Shown: one piece after another, positions 7,701-12,239 of the stretch
Position numbering within the stretch: the first letter of the stretch is position 1
Layout of the letters: the number at the start of each line of letters is the position of its first letter
Assembly: GCF_006345805.1 (NCBI RefSeq)
Contig: NW_021827074.1
Location: 1-12,239, forward strand
DNA length: 12,239 bases
Direction: 5' to 3'
DNA from: Octopus sinensis
Taxonomy: Eukaryota
Made by a program: the position numbers and the translations under genes
The notes under the pieces: model-generated
Seen by the model: only the letters and a program-made list of their open reading frames with translations
Databases searched by the model: none
What the model was told of the DNA's origin: nothing

Positions 7701-8173
7701 CTATCTACTGCCTTCGATCCACCTCCAATCCGTACATCTGAGAGCATGCGCAGTAATTCGAGCGGGAAATCTATAACAGCAAAAAACCCACCACAAACAA
7801 CTTGAAAAAACCTCACTCTAAACCCACCCCGGATTCGCTCCCAAAACCCTCCATATCTCTCCAAGCTAACCCCAAAACAGGTCGCAATGTTCCCAAAACC
7901 CACAACAGGCCCTCATTTCCATACGTTTCCGAACCCATCACCATCGGCCCTCGACCGTCCAACTCCACCCTCGAACGGTCTCAAAATCGAAATCGATCCA
8001 AATATTAACGGACTACCCCTTTGTCGCTCGAACTACCCCGAACCGTCTGCAACAATCGCATCTACCCCCAAACAAACCCCGCCACCGTATTCCCTCGGCC
8101 ATGGATACACTATACCGTCTTAGTCATCATAGTAACCTATATTGTATGTAATTAGAGATCAAATTTCGCTGTG

Positions 8174-8225
<52 letters not shown>

Positions 8226-8242
8226 TCTTTTATATTTTTCTC

Positions 8243-8295
8243 TCTTTTACTTGTTTCAGTCATTTGACTGCGGCCATGCTGGAGCACCGCCTTTA
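8243..8295 (-). mobile_element. SINE 3'-tail fragment
   Basis: CTTTTACTTGTTTCAGTCATTTGACTGCGGCCATGCTGGAGCACCG is identical to the SINE tail at 11411-11456. Confidence 0.85.
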
Positions 8296-8299
8296 AGAA

Positions 8300-8710
8300 C
8301 GCTATGCTATTTTCTATTCACAAGAAACAACGTTTTTCTCCTCCCCGACACCTATCAACATATCGCTTTTACAACCCAAAACTCAAATGTGAAGGCGCCA
8401 CCCAAACGTGGGTTCTTTAAAATCAGATCTAGTGGAAATCTTTTCACCCTGTCTCATGCCAATGGGCCATCGCAAGTGAGACATTTAGGACATTGAGAAA
8501 GCATTCGGCTGCATCTGGCTTGAAAATTTCATCGCGAAACTGACAGCTTCTTCCCTATTGGCCCAATCTGTCCCGAAACCCTTCTTAGGCCAAATGCTTC
8601 GTGATCAGGTCGCACCATCTCAAAATGCGCTAGTGTACCGCTCGCTCATCCTCAACTTTGATGAGTCTCTCGGGTCCCTTTTGGGGTCCCTAACAATCTT
8701 TCTACTTCAT
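8300..8710 (+). pseudogene. Decayed non-LTR (jockey/CR1/L2-group) reverse transcriptase fragment
   Basis: Frame from 8489 reads DIEKAFGCIWLENFIAKL...GSLLGSLTIFLLH. GS falls at residues 62-63, versus about 61-62 in typical DxxKAFDxVW...GVPQGSxLxPxLF. Upstream GFFKIRSSGNLFTL resembles GFRxxRST. Confidence 0.55.
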
Positions 8711-8905
8711 CTTTTATCTTGTACATGTTTAAGTCATTGGACTGCGGTCAATTTGGGGCAACAACTTGAGAGGTTTCGTCGTACAAGCTGGACCCAGCAT
8801 TTCGTGTTTTAAGCCTGGTATTTAATCCATCGATCTCTTTGCCGAACCGTTATGTTACGATAACATAAACAAACCAAAACTGGTTGCTGAGCGGTGGTAG
8901 AAGAC
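8710..8905 (-). mobile_element. Diverged SINE 3' half
   Basis: GTTTAAGTCATTGGACTGCGGTCA...CGATCTCTTTGCCGAACCGTTATGTTACG...GACACACAC is colinear with 11403-11620. Confidence 0.75.
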
Positions 8906-8922
8906 ACACACACACACACACA

Positions 8923-9167
<245 letters not shown>

Positions 9168-9213
9168 CTACCTACCTAATCAACTCACACGGCTTTGGTT
9201 GGCCTTTTGGTTA

Positions 9214-9490
9214 CGATGAGGATGTTGATGGTGACGATGATGAGGATGTTGATGATGACGATGTTGATGGTGACAATGATGTTGATGATGAGGATGTTGA
9301 TGATGATGATGACGACGATGTTGATGATGACGATGATGATGATGACGTTGATGTTGATGATGATGATGATGTTGATGTTGATGACGATAATGACTACAAT
9401 GACGATGACGATGTTGATGATTGTGGTCGTGGTAATGATTGGTGACGACGACGGCAATGATGATGAAGACAGAGATGGCGATGACGCTGA
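9214..9490. repeat. Degenerate (GAT)n trinucleotide tract
   Basis: GAT/GAC/GTT/GAG triplets; gives poly-D, poly-M, poly-H and poly-I ORFs. Confidence 0.9.
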
Positions 9491-9793
9491 CAAAGTTCTT
9501 TGTTCTTATGTCTTGTTTGATTCCGTGGAAAAAAAATGTGTGTATATATATACACGTAATAATCATGTAACGTGTGTGTGTGTATGTACCTGTGTGAATA
9601 AATGTCTGTATGCGTATGTGATGTTTTACATGTGTGTGTGTGTTTGCAGGTTTCTTTACATGTGTGTGATTCTGTTTGTGTGTGTATGTGTTTTCGTATG
9701 CGTGTTATACATATATGCAGATTTATACATACATAATACATAAACGTATATACACACTTACATATATACATTTATATATACACAAATATATAC

Positions 9794-9840
<47 letters not shown>

Positions 9841-9843
<3 letters not shown>

Positions 9844-10060
9844 TTTTTATACTCTGGTTATGTGCTGAGTTTTTTCTTGAGAACACGTTCTTCGTGGAAA
9901 ATAGCGATTTTGACGTCTATATCTAGCATATTGACCGTCCACTTTTAGTGGTCAGTCCTTTAAATTTTGTATGTAAAAATATTTTAATCTTCGGATTTTT
10001 TTAATACGCTAGGCCACTGGTTTTAATTGATTCATATCAATTTCTACCCTTATTCAATTT

Positions 10061-10095
<35 letters not shown>

Positions 10096-10703
10096 TGACA
10101 CATATATATATATATATACATGCGCACACACATACTCACACACATGTATGTATATATGAACACATACACACATACATATATGTACACACACACACACGCA
10201 CACACATATATACACACACTTGTATAATTATGTCAGTGTGTTTATATATGCGTATATAATTGTTTATATATATCATATATATGTGTGTGTATATATATAT
10301 ATATATACATACATACAGAGTAGAGAGAGAGAAAGGCAAAGAGAAGTAGATAGATGGATAAGCAGGTACGTAGATAGACAGACAGACAGACAGACATGTG
10401 TTTGTATGTATATATATGTGTGTGCATATATACATATATATACATATATATGTGTGTGTGTGTGTGTTTGTGTATATATATATATCTTTTACTCTTTTAC
10501 TTGTTTCAGTCATTTGACTGCGGCCATGCTGGAGCACCGATTTTAGTCGAGCAAATCGACCCCGGGACTTATTCTTTGTGAGCCCAGTACTTATTATATC
10601 GGTCTCTTTTGCCGAACCGCCAAGTGACGGGGACGTAAGCACACCAGCATCGGTTGTCAAGCAATGCTAGGGGGACAAACACAAACACACAAACATATAC
10701 ACG

Positions 10704-10758
<55 letters not shown>

Positions 10759-10977
10759 CATTTTTTATACTCTGGTTATGTGCTGAGTTTTTTCTTGAGA
10801 ACACGTTCTTCGTGGAAAATAGCGATTTTGACGTCTATATCTAGCATATTGACCGTCCACTTTTAGTGGTCAGTCCTTTAATTTTGTATGTAAAAATATT
10901 TTAATCTTCGGATTTTTTTAATACGCTAGGCCACTGGTTTTAATTGATTCATATCAATTTCTACCCTTATTCAATTT

Positions 10978-11010
<33 letters not shown>

Positions 11011-11620
11011 TGACACATATATATATATATATACATGCGCACACACATACTCACACACATGTATGTATATATGAACACATACACACATACATATATGTAC
11101 ACACACACACACGCACACACATATATACACACACTTGTATAATTATGTCAGTGTGTTTTTATATATGCGTATATAATTGTTTATATATATCATATATATG
11201 TGTGTGTATATATATATATATATACATACATACAGAGTAGAGAGAGAGAAAGGCAAAGAGAAGTAGATAGATGGATAAGCAGGTACGTAGATAGACAGAC
11301 AGACAGACAGACATGTGTTTGTATGTATATATATGTGTGTGCATATATACATATATATACATATATATGTGTGTGTGTGTGTGTTTGTGTATATATATAT
11401 ATCTTTTACTCTTTTACTTGTTTCAGTCATTTGACTGCGGCCATGCTGGAGCACCGATTTTAGTCGAGCAAATCGACCCCGGGACTTATTCTTTGTGAGC
11501 CCAGTACTTATTATATCGGTCTCTTTTGCCGAACCGCCAAGTGACGGGGACGTAAGCACACCAGCATCGGTTGTCAAGCAATGCTAGGGGGACAAACACA
11601 AACACACAAACATATACACG

Positions 11621-11680
<60 letters not shown>

Positions 11681-11682
11681 TA
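9841..11682. repeat. Tandem direct duplication, ~918-bp unit (copy A 9841-10758, copy B 10759-~11680)
   Basis: CATTTTTTATACTCTGGTTATG at 9841 and 10759. Paired ORFs are offset by 917 (10136..10660 vs 11143..11577 ends; 10396 vs 11313). Visible differences are only homopolymer or microsatellite lengths. Confidence 0.95.
10486..10706 (-). mobile_element. Headless SINE 3' half (duplicated copy)
   Basis: Matches 11403-11623 but has no tRNA-like head beyond its (TA)n tract. Confidence 0.9.
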
Positions 11683-11845
11683 CGACAGGCTTTTTTCAGT
11701 TTCCGTCTACCAAATCCACTCACAAGGCATTGGTCGGCCCGGGGCCATAGCAGAAGACACTTGCCCAAGATGCCACGCAGTGGGACAGTACCCGGAACCA
11801 TGTGGTTGGTTAGCAAGCTACTTACCACACAGCCACTCCTGCGCC
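11403..11845 (-). mobile_element. Full-length tRNA-derived SINE with internal (TA)n microsatellite
   Basis: Minus strand starts GGCGCAGGAG at 11845. A-box-like TGGCTGTGTGG at 11825-11835; degenerate B-box GGTACTGTCCC at 11782-11792; CORE-like CTTGGGCAAGTG; (TA)n at ~11617-11682; 3' half ending ...CTGAAACAAGTAAAAGAGTAAAAG. Both ends abut TA repeats. Confidence 0.85.
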
Positions 11846-12239
11846 TATATATATATACACACACACACCTGTGTGTTTTTATTTGTGTCTGTATAATAAT
11901 ATCTCTAAATGTGTATTTGTTTGTTTGTTTACATATCTGTATGTATATAACGTGTCTCATAGCCTGAATTAGTTTATCTGTAATCAAAGATAGACACGCA
12001 AAGTTTCGTTGACCTAATTTTTGCCAACGCCCCCCCCCCCACTCCAGAGCCCCCCCCTCCTTTCGCCGTACCCAACTCATTCCAGTCTGTCGTTTGGTTT
12101 CGTCTCAGAGCCACCCCTACGCCCCCCCCGTCCCGGCTATTCTCAAAACATCCTTCTCTCATGTTCCTCTCTTTTCCGGCTTACAACCTTTTTCATTAGC
12201 ATCTTCTAACCTCCAGCGCATTTTGTTGCTTCTATCTAT

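Noticed and set aside
11770-11845. tRNA gene
   Set aside because: Degenerate B-box, no convincing cloverleaf, and continuous with the SINE body.
12030-12135. C-run cluster (G-quadruplex potential on the minus strand)
   Set aside because: Low-complexity runs near the window edge with no supporting context.

Overview
Eukaryotic, repeat-saturated non-genic DNA, most likely from a cephalopod (Octopus-like). The host is inferred from the tRNA-derived SINE family and the very high (TA)n/(CA)n density, and I recognise that family from memory, not from a search. No host protein-coding gene is supported; nearly all listed ORFs are microsatellite translations. Identified elements: a full-length (1241 bp) but frameshifted Tc1/mariner with 30-bp TIRs, TA target duplication and a DD36E triad (4424-5664); a 382-bp non-autonomous Helitron; 3' remnants of RTE-like and HERO-like LINEs; a decayed jockey/CR1-group RT fragment; one full-length and several partial SINEs; a near-identical ~918-bp tandem duplication with (TA)n breakpoints; and two minisatellites. 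The most interesting region is 1505-2014, a cluster of hammerhead ribozyme motifs. It holds a 185-bp palindrome (probably Penelope-like) with one minimal type I hammerhead on each strand. Just upstream are two motif sets in which the three hammerhead strands occur in a non-circularly permuted order (S3-S2-S1) with matching spacing.
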